Shown here in pieces: positions 31,390 to 41,260 of a DNA stretch of 64,000 nt (the stretch's first letter is position 1; each line of letters begins with the position of its first letter). A program made the translations under genes and the position numbers. Origin of the DNA: a bacterium (GTDB taxonomy: Bacteria > Patescibacteriota > Dojkabacteria > JAOAGR01 > JBAXGO01); the NCBI GenBank assembly GCA_037139335.1, contig JBAXGO010000001.1, positions 4,503-68,502 of the forward strand. The letters are read 5' to 3'. The notes under the pieces were generated by a model, which saw nothing but the letters and a program-made list of their open reading frames with translations, made no database searches and was not told the DNA's origin.

Positions 31390-33201
31390 ATGGCTCGTAC
31401 TAAATTACTTACTGTAAATACTTCTGAGGATACTGAAATTCAAGAAAAAAAATCATTATCGAAACCAGGAAAAAAACCAACCATAAAATCTATCAAAGAT
31501 GAAATAAAGGTTGAAAAAAAAGTTAAACCAGTAAAGGAATTAGTGAAAAAAGCTATCGTTGAAAAAGTTTTAATAGAAGAGAAAACTATTGCTAACCAAG
31601 ACATTAAGCCCGTGGAAATAAATAAAGAGGTTGTTCAAGAAAAAGTTTCTAGTAATCAAATCGAAGAAAAAAATACAACTGTTGAAAAAACAAGAAGTGG
31701 TTTTGAAGGCCAGGTTATTAAACATGTGTCAAACGAAATGAAAAGACCATTTAATAATGATAGAAATAGACCTATGAGAAACCATGAAAACGGAAATTCT
31801 AATCAGTTCGGCAAGAAACCGTTCGATAATAAATACCAACAAAAAGGAAACTCAAACGTTCAAAATAATAGATCAATGCCGCCACAGTTTAATAATGCTA
31901 GTAATAACGGCAGTAATGTTTCAAAAAGTGTTCCACAGTTTACACCTTATAAAATCACAGATCTTGAAGGTAAGACTGTTGCGGAGCTTCGAGAGATTGC
32001 ATCAAAAATGAATCTTGAGGGAGTTGGTGAAATGAATAAGCATGATTTAATTATTTTTATTCTTGCAGCTGCTACTCAAAATCAAGGAAATAACATACTT
32101 GTGGAAGGTATATTGGAAATTATGGCTGATGGAACTCATGGTGTATTGAGATCTATGAAACTTTTACCATCAGAAAATGATGTTTATGTGTCTCTTTCTC
32201 AAATAAGAAGATTTAATATGAGAATGGGCGATTTTGTTGTTGGTCTTGCTAGACTTCCAAAAGATAATGAAAGATATTTATCTCTTCTTCGAGTTGATTC
32301 TATTAATGCTACTAAAGCAGAAGAAGCTACTAATAGACCGTATTTCGAAAGAATGACTCCAATATTTCCTAACAAGATAATGAATCTTGAAACAGAACCA
32401 GAAACACTATCTACTAGACTTATTGATTTATTATCTCCAATTGGTTATGGCCAAAGAGGTATGGTTGTTGCTCCGCCAAAAGCAGGTAAAACATGGCTTT
32501 TAAAAGACATTGCTAAAGGCATAAGCCAGAATCATCCTAATGCTCATTTAATGGTTGTTCTAATTGCAGAAAGACCCGAAGAAGTTACAGATATGGCACG
32601 TTTCGTGAAAGGTGAAGTTTTCGCTGCAAATTTTGATGAATCAGCAGAAGTTCAAGTTAAAGTCGCTGAGTTATCTTTGGAGAGAGCAAAAAGAATGGTC
32701 GAGTCTGGACATGATGTTGTAATTCTTCTGGACAGTATTACACGTTTGGCAAGAGCATATAATGTTGTAATGCCTACATCTGGAAGAACATTGTCTGGTG
32801 GTATGGATCCAATTGCTTTGTATCCACCAAAGAGATTCTTTGGGGCTGCACGTAATTTTGAAAATGGTAAAAGTTTAACAATTATTGCGACAGCTTTGGT
32901 TGATACTGGAAGTAAAATGGATGATGTTGTCTTTGAAGAATTCAAAGGTACAGGTAATATGGAGCTTCATTTGGATAGAGCATTATCTGAGAGAAGAGTA
33001 TTTCCTGCTATTAATATTAAAGAATCTGGTACTAGAAACGAAGATCTATTATTAGGTAAGGAGAATCTTGCTAAGATATGGAGCATTCGAAGACTGATTG
33101 ATGAAATGAAGACCATTGATGCTGTTTCAGCAATTGCCGATAGACTCAAAAAAACTAAAACTAATCAATCTTTTCTTGATACAATTCATGAAATAATCTA
33201 A
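31390..33201 (+). CDS. rho: Transcription termination factor Rho with a long N-terminal insertion domain
   Basis: RNA-binding domain, Walker A (PPKAGKT) and the Q- and R-loops. It is preceded by a ~200-aa K/E- and N/Q-rich low-complexity region. Confidence 0.92.
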   Translation: MARTKLLTVNTSEDTEIQEKKSLSKPGKKPTIKSIKDEIKVEKKVKPVKELVKKAIVEKVLIEEKTIANQDIKPVEINKEVVQEKVSSNQIEEKNTTVEKTRSGFEGQVIKHVSNEMKRPFNNDRNRPMRNHENGNSNQFGKKPFDNKYQQKGNSNVQNNRSMPPQFNNASNNGSNVSKSVPQFTPYKITDLEGKTVAELREIASKMNLEGVGEMNKHDLIIFILAAATQNQGNNILVEGILEIMADGTHGVLRSMKLLPSENDVYVSLSQIRRFNMRMGDFVVGLARLPKDNERYLSLLRVDSINATKAEEATNRPYFERMTPIFPNKIMNLETEPETLSTRLIDLLSPIGYGQRGMVVAPPKAGKTWLLKDIAKGISQNHPNAHLMVVLIAERPEEVTDMARFVKGEVFAANFDESAEVQVKVAELSLERAKRMVESGHDVVILLDSITRLARAYNVVMPTSGRTLSGGMDPIALYPPKRFFGAARNFENGKSLTIIATALVDTGSKMDDVVFEEFKGTGNMELHLDRALSERRVFPAINIKESGTRNEDLLLGKENLAKIWSIRRLIDEMKTIDAVSAIADRLKKTKTNQSFLDTIHEII

Positions 33202-33256
33202 TAGTCTATGTTTGTTATTGATGCTTTTGAGTCCATTATGATGATATAATAAAGCC

Positions 33257-34468
33257 ATGACAATAGATAATACTGGTAATAGAAAAAGAAATAGTGTCGA
33301 TTTTCACTCTGCTTTTCGTGTAAAACAATTGCGGAAGCCTAGGCTTTTCAGATTTGGTAAAACCGAAAAAGATAAAAATGCTTTATCTATTCCCAAAAAA
33401 ACATATTCAATAAAAAAGACTTTCTTTGGGCTTTCCATATTACTAAAGAGATCCAAAAAATTACTTTACAAGAACTTTTTTTGGGGACGTGGTATTTATT
33501 ATAAATACTCAGTAGTTTTTGTAATACTATTAACATTGCTTCCAATCGGTGCATTTGCTAATAATATTAAAAAAGAAGAGAAGGATATTCCAGGTACACC
33601 AGCTACTTTCTATGATGCGGCTTTTGACACTGGCGGTAAGACCGTAATATTGAATAATAAAAATATTGATAATATTCAAGTTTATCAGGTCCAAAACGGA
33701 GATACTTTATCCAGTATTGCTACTAAATTTGGTATTACAGTAGATACTCTTACATATGTTAATCAATTGAATGATTATTCTATATTAAAAGTAGGTACTT
33801 CACTAAAAATATTACCCGTTTCAGGAATTTTATATAAAGTTAATTCGGGTGATACGCTGACAAGTATTGCGAAAAAATATAATATTGCACAAAGTGGATA
33901 CTCGGAACAAGTTATATTGGATATTAATAATCTAGACAGTACTGATTTGAATGTTAATCAAGAAATACTCGTCCCAGGTGCAATAATAGAAAAACCAAAA
34001 CCAATACAAGATCCTGTCGTAGCTCGAACTTCAACGCGAATAATTGTTGTTCCTTCTGGTTCAACATTATTTATTCCACCTACTGCTGGAATAGGTTCTA
34101 TTTCTACATGTTACAGTAGTGTTCATCCTGCTGTGGACATTGCTTCCAATTCATATCCTCCTTTGGTTGCTTCTGCTTCTGGGCGTGTCGTGTATGCCGG
34201 GTATGGCCTTTCTGGTGGTTCAGGAATAGCAGTTAGCATAGATCATGGAAATGGATATATCACACAATATTTACATCTTTCACAACTATCTGTTAGTGCA
34301 GGAGATAACGTACAGCAAGGCCAACAAATTGGTATAATGGGTAGTACAGGTAAAAGCACAGGGCCTCATGTTCATTTTATAATCAAATATAATGGGGTAA
34401 ATCAGAATCCTTTTGAATATGTAAATTTAAGTGATTATCCTAGAGAATATACTGCAACTAGTTGTTAA
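33257..34468 (+). CDS. Peptidoglycan endopeptidase with two LysM repeats and an M23 (LytM) domain
   Basis: LysM motifs (YQVQNGDTLSSIATKFGI; YKVNSGDTLTSIAKKYNI). M23 motifs HPAVDIA and HVHF. The start is uncertain. Confidence 0.8.
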   Translation: MTIDNTGNRKRNSVDFHSAFRVKQLRKPRLFRFGKTEKDKNALSIPKKTYSIKKTFFGLSILLKRSKKLLYKNFFWGRGIYYKYSVVFVILLTLLPIGAFANNIKKEEKDIPGTPATFYDAAFDTGGKTVILNNKNIDNIQVYQVQNGDTLSSIATKFGITVDTLTYVNQLNDYSILKVGTSLKILPVSGILYKVNSGDTLTSIAKKYNIAQSGYSEQVILDINNLDSTDLNVNQEILVPGAIIEKPKPIQDPVVARTSTRIIVVPSGSTLFIPPTAGIGSISTCYSSVHPAVDIASNSYPPLVASASGRVVYAGYGLSGGSGIAVSIDHGNGYITQYLHLSQLSVSAGDNVQQGQQIGIMGSTGKSTGPHVHFIIKYNGVNQNPFEYVNLSDYPREYTATSC

Positions 34469-34478
34469 AAACAAATAA

Positions 34479-35255
34479 ATGAGTTTTATAAGTGGTGAAA
34501 TAAAAAAATTAATGTTTACTCTTTTTGGTGCGGCTTTGTTGATGTTGGGCCTAGTCTGGGTTGCTGGTAATTCGCAGTCAATATTCACTATGTCAAAAAA
34601 AATTGTAAATACTATTACTGGTACTAAGCAATATTCTGATCAATATAAATATAATTTAGATAAGTCAAAAACATATTATCTAAATATTGATACAAATCTT
34701 GGAAAAATGTCTTTCCTTTTATACAAAGATAATGCTCCAAATACTGTGAATAATATTGTCAATTTAACGAAGGATAAATTTTATGATAATACGAAAAGTA
34801 TTGAAATCACTCCAAATTATATTTTAACTGGTAAAGGTTCTAGTAATTCAGAAACCGAATATCGAATTCGAGAAGAGATTAATGCAAATAGTTTGGGGTT
34901 GGACAGGACAACCGTTGGAGATAATTTCTCAATGTTATCAGAACATTTCAATCAACAAGTCTTGAATAAAAATAGTACATTGTCTGTTAAGGATTATTAT
35001 GTTTTAGAAGGATATTCGTATACGGAAAATATTACGTCAAAAAAAATCAAGAAAGGATCTCTAGTTATGTATTCTGAAGTTGCTAATGGTTTTGGTAATA
35101 AGTTTTTCATTTCTACCCAAAATAATCTACCAGCAATTGATGGTCGTATGACTAATTTTGGTGAAATTGTAAACGGTTCTGATGTTTTGGATAAAATTAT
35201 TGCATCTACATCCAAAAATGTTAAAATAGACTCAATTACCATAACAGAAAAGTGA
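34479..35255 (+). CDS. Membrane-anchored cyclophilin-type peptidyl-prolyl isomerase (divergent)
   Basis: N-terminal TM. Cyclophilin-like motifs KDNAPNTVNNIVNL...FYDNT and FGEIVNGSDVLDKI. Confidence 0.45.
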   Translation: MSFISGEIKKLMFTLFGAALLMLGLVWVAGNSQSIFTMSKKIVNTITGTKQYSDQYKYNLDKSKTYYLNIDTNLGKMSFLLYKDNAPNTVNNIVNLTKDKFYDNTKSIEITPNYILTGKGSSNSETEYRIREEINANSLGLDRTTVGDNFSMLSEHFNQQVLNKNSTLSVKDYYVLEGYSYTENITSKKIKKGSLVMYSEVANGFGNKFFISTQNNLPAIDGRMTNFGEIVNGSDVLDKIIASTSKNVKIDSITITEK

Positions 35256-35791
35256 CGGAAAAGATAAAATCTTTTTTTACATTTTTCTTGGTAAAAGTCC
35301 TCCCTGTAATCATTTTCATCCTATTATCATTTGGTCTTTTCTTTTTTATTACGAAAGAAGGGCAGAGAACTACCGAGATATTTGTAAAAATTCACATAGC
35401 AGGAGCTGTAGTTAGTCCAGGACAATATGAACTAAAAAATGGTTCAATTGTGGATGATGCTATACAAAAAGCAGGAGGTTTCGCCTCTAATTATGATGCT
35501 GTCTATGTAGAAGAGAAAATAAATCTAGCAAAGAAATTAAAGGACGAGGATAAAATATTTATTCCATTCAAGCAAGAAGATACTTCAGCTGCTGAAGGTG
35601 TTTCAATAACTGGAAAAATCAGTATTAATAAGGCTGATGCTAAACAATTAGATTTACTTCCTGGAATAGGTGAGGTTACTGCAAAAAAAATAATATCTGG
35701 TAGACCGTATGCCAAAGTTACTGATTTAGTTGATAAAAAAATAATCAGCCAGTCTGTATATGATAAAATCAAATCCCAAATTGATTTATGA
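35252..35791 (+). CDS. comEA: Competence protein ComEA (SLBB plus helix-hairpin-helix DNA-binding)
   Basis: N-terminal TM, an SLBB-like segment and the HhH motif LDLLPGIGEVTAKKII. Confidence 0.75.
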   Translation: MTEKIKSFFTFFLVKVLPVIIFILLSFGLFFFITKEGQRTTEIFVKIHIAGAVVSPGQYELKNGSIVDDAIQKAGGFASNYDAVYVEEKINLAKKLKDEDKIFIPFKQEDTSAAEGVSITGKISINKADAKQLDLLPGIGEVTAKKIISGRPYAKVTDLVDKKIISQSVYDKIKSQIDL

Positions 35792-37163
35792 ATATGTTAA
35801 AAATAGAGTTGATTTGATTTCATTATCTATTGGTGTCTTTCTTGTTGGATATTATTTGGGGGTTGGAATTAAGGGGGATTTTTTTCTTTTTTTCTTTCTT
35901 ATTCTTTGTTTTATTGTTTTAATAATATATAAAAAAGTAGAATTTGTTATACTTTTTATTTTTATATTTGGTATATTTTATTCGTTTCAACTCTTTTCTT
36001 TTCTTTCAACTAGTAATGTGAATGTTGATTCCTCAGTAGATTATGTTGGTTCATATAAAATTATTAGTATTAAAAGATTATTATGGTATAGTGAGAAAGT
36101 TGTCATGAATAACAGCTATTTCTTTCCTACTAGCGGAAGTCGAATTAAGTGCACAAGTGTTGAAAATTTCGAATTTGTAACAGATCCGGAATTAATTAAC
36201 CAAGGAATTAGAAGAAGTGCTACTTGCATTAAGGCCCAATACTATTCGGATAATTCTACATTTGTAAATATTAGGAATAGATTGTCTCAGAATTTTGATA
36301 GTTTCAATTATGATACTTCAAATGTTTTGAAAGGTATTACTTTAGGCATTAAGCCACCGCAAGAACTGAATGAGGCTTTTCGCAATGCAGGTATTTCGCA
36401 TATTCTAGTTATATCGGGATTTAATATAACTCTAATTCTTTTAATCATAACTCAGTTAATAAAAAAATTACCAACATTTTATAAAATATATTCATCAATT
36501 TTTTTTGTTGTTATATTTGTCCTTATTGTTGGACCTACCGCTCCTGTTTTACGTGCTGCTGTAATGGGCTTTATAGCATATTTAGCAACATTTCAATTCA
36601 AAAACTTATCATATGTACGAATATTATTAATTTCGGTAATAATCATGTTATTTCTAGATAACTACATTCTTTTTAACGTTAGTTTTCATCTGTCGTTTTT
36701 AGCAACTTTAGGCATTATTCTCTTTGGAAATATTACTAGAGATCTTTTCAAAATATTGCCAGATATTATTGGAGTACCATTTTCACAATCACTTTCTGCT
36801 GGAGTCTTTACTATACCGTATACTATAAATGTGTTTAGCTCCTTTTCGCCTATGTTATTGTTTACAAACATTATGGTAATTCCCTATATATCGTTGCTTT
36901 CTATTCTTGCGTATTTATATATGATATTTCCTAATATATTGTTTCGCTTCCCACTTGAAATTATGTCAAATTTTATTATTCAATTAGTTTTGTTTATATC
37001 GTCATTTTCTCTATCGAATATGCCTGCTGGCATACAGATTAAAGAGCTGGTTCTTTTTATCCTATTTGTAATAATCTCCTTGGTGGTTGGGATTTATGTG
37101 GTCAGAAAACTTTTGCTATATACGAGGATTGCAAAAAAATGTAAATTTAAGTACTATTGCTAG
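35760..37163 (+). CDS. comEC: ComEC/Rec2-like DNA internalisation channel, short form (competence domain only)
   Basis: Polytopic membrane protein with the competence-domain motif GISHILVISGFNITLIL. It has no metallo-beta-lactamase domain. Confidence 0.7.
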   Translation: MIKSNPKLIYEYVKNRVDLISLSIGVFLVGYYLGVGIKGDFFLFFFLILCFIVLIIYKKVEFVILFIFIFGIFYSFQLFSFLSTSNVNVDSSVDYVGSYKIISIKRLLWYSEKVVMNNSYFFPTSGSRIKCTSVENFEFVTDPELINQGIRRSATCIKAQYYSDNSTFVNIRNRLSQNFDSFNYDTSNVLKGITLGIKPPQELNEAFRNAGISHILVISGFNITLILLIITQLIKKLPTFYKIYSSIFFVVIFVLIVGPTAPVLRAAVMGFIAYLATFQFKNLSYVRILLISVIIMLFLDNYILFNVSFHLSFLATLGIILFGNITRDLFKILPDIIGVPFSQSLSAGVFTIPYTINVFSSFSPMLLFTNIMVIPYISLLSILAYLYMIFPNILFRFPLEIMSNFIIQLVLFISSFSLSNMPAGIQIKELVLFILFVIISLVVGIYVVRKLLLYTRIAKKCKFKYYC

Positions 37164-37190
37164 TAAATTTTTATTTATTAATATTTTTTT

Positions 37191-37817
37191 ATGCATCGAG
37201 ATGATGAAAAGCTAAAGGGGATAATCAAAGAAAAAACCCTTGTTATAATTAAACCAGATGGAGTTCTACGAAAGATTGTTGGTGAATTAATAACAAGATT
37301 CGAAAGAAAAGGTCTCAAAATCATAGCTATGAAAATGGTTTGGCCTACAAAAGAACTTGTAGAGCAACATTATACAGATAGCGAAGAATGGCTAATGGAT
37401 ACTGGTACTAGAACTTACAATAGTTATTTAGAAAAAGGTGTTAAATTGGACAAAACTCCAAAAGAATTAGCTCTTGATGTAAGAAGAAGATTAATGGATC
37501 ATCTTACTGCAGGTCCTGTTGTTGTTTTGGTACTTCAAGGTGCTCACGCAATAGAAGTAGTAAGACGAATGAGAGGTTCTACAAGTCCATTAAAGGCAGA
37601 TGTTGGCACAATAGGCTTCGATTACACACTTGAATCTTATGAGCTTTCTGACGCTGGTGGTTGGGCTATTAGAAATGTTATTCATGCAAGTGACAGTGTT
37701 CAAAATTCTGCAAGAGAAATGGGAATTTGGTTTAAACCAGAAGATATTATTGAATATTCAACAGCAATTGATGATGTTCTTTATGACACAAATTGGTATG
37801 GTGCTTTTACCAGATAA
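37191..37817 (+). CDS. ndk: Nucleoside diphosphate kinase (long variant)
   Basis: KTLVIIKPDGV and the catalytic His region (NVIHASDS). There is an insertion relative to canonical NDK. Confidence 0.8.
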   Translation: MHRDDEKLKGIIKEKTLVIIKPDGVLRKIVGELITRFERKGLKIIAMKMVWPTKELVEQHYTDSEEWLMDTGTRTYNSYLEKGVKLDKTPKELALDVRRRLMDHLTAGPVVVLVLQGAHAIEVVRRMRGSTSPLKADVGTIGFDYTLESYELSDAGGWAIRNVIHASDSVQNSAREMGIWFKPEDIIEYSTAIDDVLYDTNWYGAFTR

Positions 37818-37837
37818 AATTTGTCGGAATTTAGTAA

Positions 37838-37863
37838 AGAGGCTTAATAAGCCTCTTTTTTGT
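37838..37863 (+). terminator. Rho-independent terminator after ndk
   Basis: agaggc-ttaataa-gcctct followed by ttttttg. Confidence 0.75.
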
Positions 37864-38067
37864 TTTATAAAACATGAATTAATCATAGTGAGAGAGCAGA
37901 AATAGAGTAGGATCTAGTTCTTAATAATAAACCGTTTTTTGGAATAATATGTTTTGTCTAGTTAATATAGGGGAAATTTGATATTATTAGCGTTATTGTG
38001 TGAGTATAATCTTAACATTAATAAGATTTGTTTTATCAAATAATAAAGTTAAAGTTGATTGTGTTCA

Positions 38068-38144
38068 CAGGGTATAGCTTAGTTGGCTAAAGCGCCAGGC
38101 TGGGGGTCTGGAGATCGGTGGTTCGAGCCCACTTACCCTGACCA
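38068..38144 (+). tRNA. tRNA-Pro (GGG)
   Basis: Anticodon loop ctGGGgg and a C1:G72 pair. CCA is encoded. Confidence 0.8.
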
Positions 38145-38148
38145 TATA

Positions 38149-38221
38149 GCTTCCGTAGCTCAGGGGATAGAGCGAGGCACTCCTAACGCCTAGGCCGTAG
38201 GTTCGAATCCTACCGGAAGCA
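38149..38221 (+). tRNA. tRNA-Arg (CCU)
   Basis: Anticodon loop ctCCTaa with acceptor stem gcttccg/cggaagc. CCA is not encoded. Confidence 0.8.
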
Positions 38222-38222
38222 A

Positions 38223-39551
38223 TTAATCATTTCCAAATTTAATATATTTTATTTCCGATTTGGAGCCAAAATATATGTAGCTATCAGATCCGTTTTGGGT
38301 CATTAGGAAAGATGTTGATGCATCTTCAGTGACTATATTATCCTGACCTCCAAAATCCGCTAAGTGTATTTTATATTCGCTGTCTGAATAAAAAAACGTA
38401 AATAAATCTGGGAAAACTTGCATGTCTATCGGTGAATATTTTAAGCCTATTGTGAAATATTTATCTTTTGATAATAAACTAATCTTATTTTTTCCTATTA
38501 AGTATGCGGTATTTCGATCCTGAATTTTTATGCTAGATATATTCTTTTCAAATTCTATAATTTTATTTTTATTTAGTTTGTAAATAATGTCGTTATTTAT
38601 TATATAAATGTTTTGATAAAAATATGACATCGAAATATTATTTTTCGCGAATTCGTCGGGTGAATCTACTATTTCTGTTTTATTTTGTGAAACTCCGTCT
38701 ATGCTAAATGTTTCGATATATATTTTATCATTCTCGGCATAAATAATATAAATGTTGTTATTTTCTCCGATCGAATATGATTTTATGCTTCCTGTGAATA
38801 CTAGGTTCTTTTGTACTTTTTGGATATCGCTTATATTGAATGAGTATAATAACTGTTCGTATCTAATAATTAGATAATTATCTCTTAGCTCATATGATGT
38901 TATGGCTCCTGATGGAATTAATGATGATATGTCGCTAAATATGGATTTATTGAAGTCGATTAGCAATGTCTTTTTATCATCGCTTATTAGCACTGAATTA
39001 CCGTTATCGTTGTGTGTTATTTTAATACTTTTACTAAAATCTAGGACGCCCGTAATATTTACACCAACAATTGTACTATCTACATTAAAAAGTGATTTAT
39101 TAAGTGTTAATCTTTCAATGAAAATTTTATTATCTTCTTTAACTGTATAAAACATAAATCTTTCAGAAGTACTTATATTACTTATGTTTTCTCGTATCGA
39201 ATTAATTTTGATATGATTGGGGATTAAAATAGGGCTTATGTATATGACTTCTCCTTGCTTAATATCTACTGAAGTAGTGTAATCCTTTCTGCTATCCTTG
39301 GTTATTTTGAATGTGTAATTTTTTTGATCAAGCTGCTTGAAAGAATGGTTCCTTTCATCCTTATATTTTTCGTTATTAAATAGTACTGTTGTATTATCTT
39401 CTAGATTTTCAATGGTTAGGGCGCCAGTTTGGACGAGAACTTTCTTTTCGAAATCATATTTATAACCTGTCGCAATAATGTATACAATTATTACTATAAG
39501 CAAAAGTAAAAAAAACTCCATTATATTAAAAATATTTTTAAAACGTTTCAT
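38223..39551 (-). CDS. Hypothetical membrane-anchored, beta-rich extracytoplasmic protein
   Basis: N-terminal TM and a 400-aa N/S/I-rich repetitive beta-strand-like sequence. Its stop abuts the tRNA-Arg 3' end. Confidence 0.5.
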   Translation of the reverse strand: MKRFKNIFNIMEFFLLLLIVIIVYIIATGYKYDFEKKVLVQTGALTIENLEDNTTVLFNNEKYKDERNHSFKQLDQKNYTFKITKDSRKDYTTSVDIKQGEVIYISPILIPNHIKINSIRENISNISTSERFMFYTVKEDNKIFIERLTLNKSLFNVDSTIVGVNITGVLDFSKSIKITHNDNGNSVLISDDKKTLLIDFNKSIFSDISSLIPSGAITSYELRDNYLIIRYEQLLYSFNISDIQKVQKNLVFTGSIKSYSIGENNNIYIIYAENDKIYIETFSIDGVSQNKTEIVDSPDEFAKNNISMSYFYQNIYIINNDIIYKLNKNKIIEFEKNISSIKIQDRNTAYLIGKNKISLLSKDKYFTIGLKYSPIDMQVFPDLFTFFYSDSEYKIHLADFGGQDNIVTEDASTSFLMTQNGSDSYIYFGSKSEIKYIKFGND

Positions 39552-39604
39552 CTAAATAATATGATATAATGAAATATATCATTATTTTACCGTAATTTCT
39601 AATA

Positions 39605-40600
39605 ATGTTTCGAAAAACAATAGCGATAGACTTTGGTTCGGTTAAAACAGTAGTTGTCGGAGAAGGAGGGGATATTCTATATCAAGAACCTTCTATCGTT
39701 GCAATTGATAGTATTTCAAATAAGGTAATTGCCATTGGTGAAGAAGCTCAGAAAACAATAGGAAAGACACCAGAAAATATTGCTGTAGCATATCCTATCA
39801 AAGAAGGTGTTATATCTAGTCCTAGAGTAGCAGCCGCTGTACTTTCATATATAATTTCAAAAATTTCAAAAAAAAATCGGTTGTTTAAACCTGATTTAAT
39901 ACTATCTATTCCTGTAGGAATAACTTCAGTTGAGCGTAGAGCTATGTATGAAGCTGGTATGGCTGCAGGAGCTCGAGAAGTTTACCTTGTTCCATCGTTA
40001 TTATGTGCCGCACTTGGCTCGGAAATGGATATTAATTCTGCCTTTGGCAATACAATAATTTCAGTTGGAGGTGGTATTACAGAAATGGGAATAATGTCAT
40101 TGGGAGGGTTAGTTTTATCCAATTCAACTAGGCTTGCAGGTATTAGTATAACTGAGTCTATTATTACTCATATTAAAAAACATCATCAGTTGATTATTGG
40201 CTTTTCTATGGGAGAGATTGTGAAAACTAAGATTGGTAACGCTATTCGAGTTGACGAGCAATTAGAAGTGGAAGTTCGTGGACGTGATGCTACTACTAAT
40301 ATGCCCAAGAATATAGTTTTGCAAACGAATGACATTATTGATGCTATTAAACCTACATTGATGAATATTGTTGTGATGATAAAGCAGATAATGGAAAAAA
40401 CTCCACCAGAATTATCTTCAGATCTTGTTGATGCTGGAGTTATGGTCGCAGGAGGATCTGCTATGTTACCAAATATTGCTTCAGTTTTTACGAAAAGTAT
40501 TGGAGTATCTTTTTATGTTGCTGACAATCCAGCTCTTTTAGTCGCAGAAGGTTTACAACTTATTATTAAACAGCCAGAGCTGTATACAACATATAAATAA
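39605..40600 (+). CDS. Divergent actin-like MreB paralog
   Basis: MreB-like over its whole length (PENIAVAYPIKEGVIS, VERRAMYEAGMAAGAREVYLV, VGGGITEMGIMSLGG), but phosphate-1 is altered (AIDFGSVKT vs GIDLGTANT). Confidence 0.7.
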   Translation: MFRKTIAIDFGSVKTVVVGEGGDILYQEPSIVAIDSISNKVIAIGEEAQKTIGKTPENIAVAYPIKEGVISSPRVAAAVLSYIISKISKKNRLFKPDLILSIPVGITSVERRAMYEAGMAAGAREVYLVPSLLCAALGSEMDINSAFGNTIISVGGGITEMGIMSLGGLVLSNSTRLAGISITESIITHIKKHHQLIIGFSMGEIVKTKIGNAIRVDEQLEVEVRGRDATTNMPKNIVLQTNDIIDAIKPTLMNIVVMIKQIMEKTPPELSSDLVDAGVMVAGGSAMLPNIASVFTKSIGVSFYVADNPALLVAEGLQLIIKQPELYTTYK

Positions 40601-40830
40601 TTAAAAGTTAATAGTTAAACATTAACCATTATTAACTGCATATTACTCCATTCTGAGCTTTGTTCTTTAATACTTTTTTTATGGATTTGTTGATAAAGCT
40701 GTATTACAACTGGTGCAAAATATTCTGTCCTTTTAAAAAAGTCTCGAATTACGAAAGTACAAACTTAGTGCCAGTCGGGTGTCTGTCATCCCAGCGAAAG
40801 CTGGGATCCAGTATTAATCTTATAATCATA

Positions 40831-41091
40831 TTAAACATGAAAAATATCTTTTAAAATATACTTCTGAATAATATATATAATGCCTCCAATTAAATCTTCA
40901 AAAGCCAGAATAAGGTATACTGAATCTTTAAATAGAAGAAATAATATTACTGAAATTAAAAATATTTCAATTACCATTATCTCAAAAATTTTTCTTAGTC
41001 GTCTTCGGGGATTGTGGCGCGAGATATTATCTTTTATTTCAGATTCTATTTCTTGTTGCTTTAAACTCCTTATGTTATTACTTTTTCCCAT
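40831..41091 (-). CDS. Small hypothetical membrane protein
   Basis: 86-aa ORF with one TM. It overlaps the next ORF by 14 nt and may be a single frameshifted gene. Confidence 0.25.
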   Translation of the reverse strand: MGKSNNIRSLKQQEIESEIKDNISRHNPRRRLRKIFEIMVIEIFLISVILFLLFKDSVYLILAFEDLIGGIIYIIQKYILKDIFHV

Positions 41092-41260
41092 ATGCCTTCC
41101 TTATTATCCCTTCAATCTGCTTTGGGTTTAACAATGGGTAGCCAGCGACAACGATGAATATATATCCTTGGTTTAGTAACCAGCTTAGAAAGAATGCTAG
41201 AATGACAATAAAATACATTTGTAACGTTTTTTCTTTAAATTTTGTTTTTCCTACTTCCAT
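41078..41260 (-). CDS. Small hypothetical membrane protein
   Basis: 60-aa ORF with one TM. Palindromes lie in its upstream region. Confidence 0.25.
   Translation of the reverse strand: MEVGKTKFKEKTLQMYFIVILAFFLSWLLNQGYIFIVVAGYPLLNPKQIEGIIRKAYGKK

Noticed and set aside
40660-40854. 64-aa plus-strand ORF after the MreB paralog, with a hairpin atcccagc-gaaa-gctgggat at about 40776-40799
   Set aside because: The ORF has no RBS and overlaps a minus-strand ORF. The hairpin lacks a following U-run, so I could call neither a gene nor a terminator with confidence. It might be part of a small RNA.
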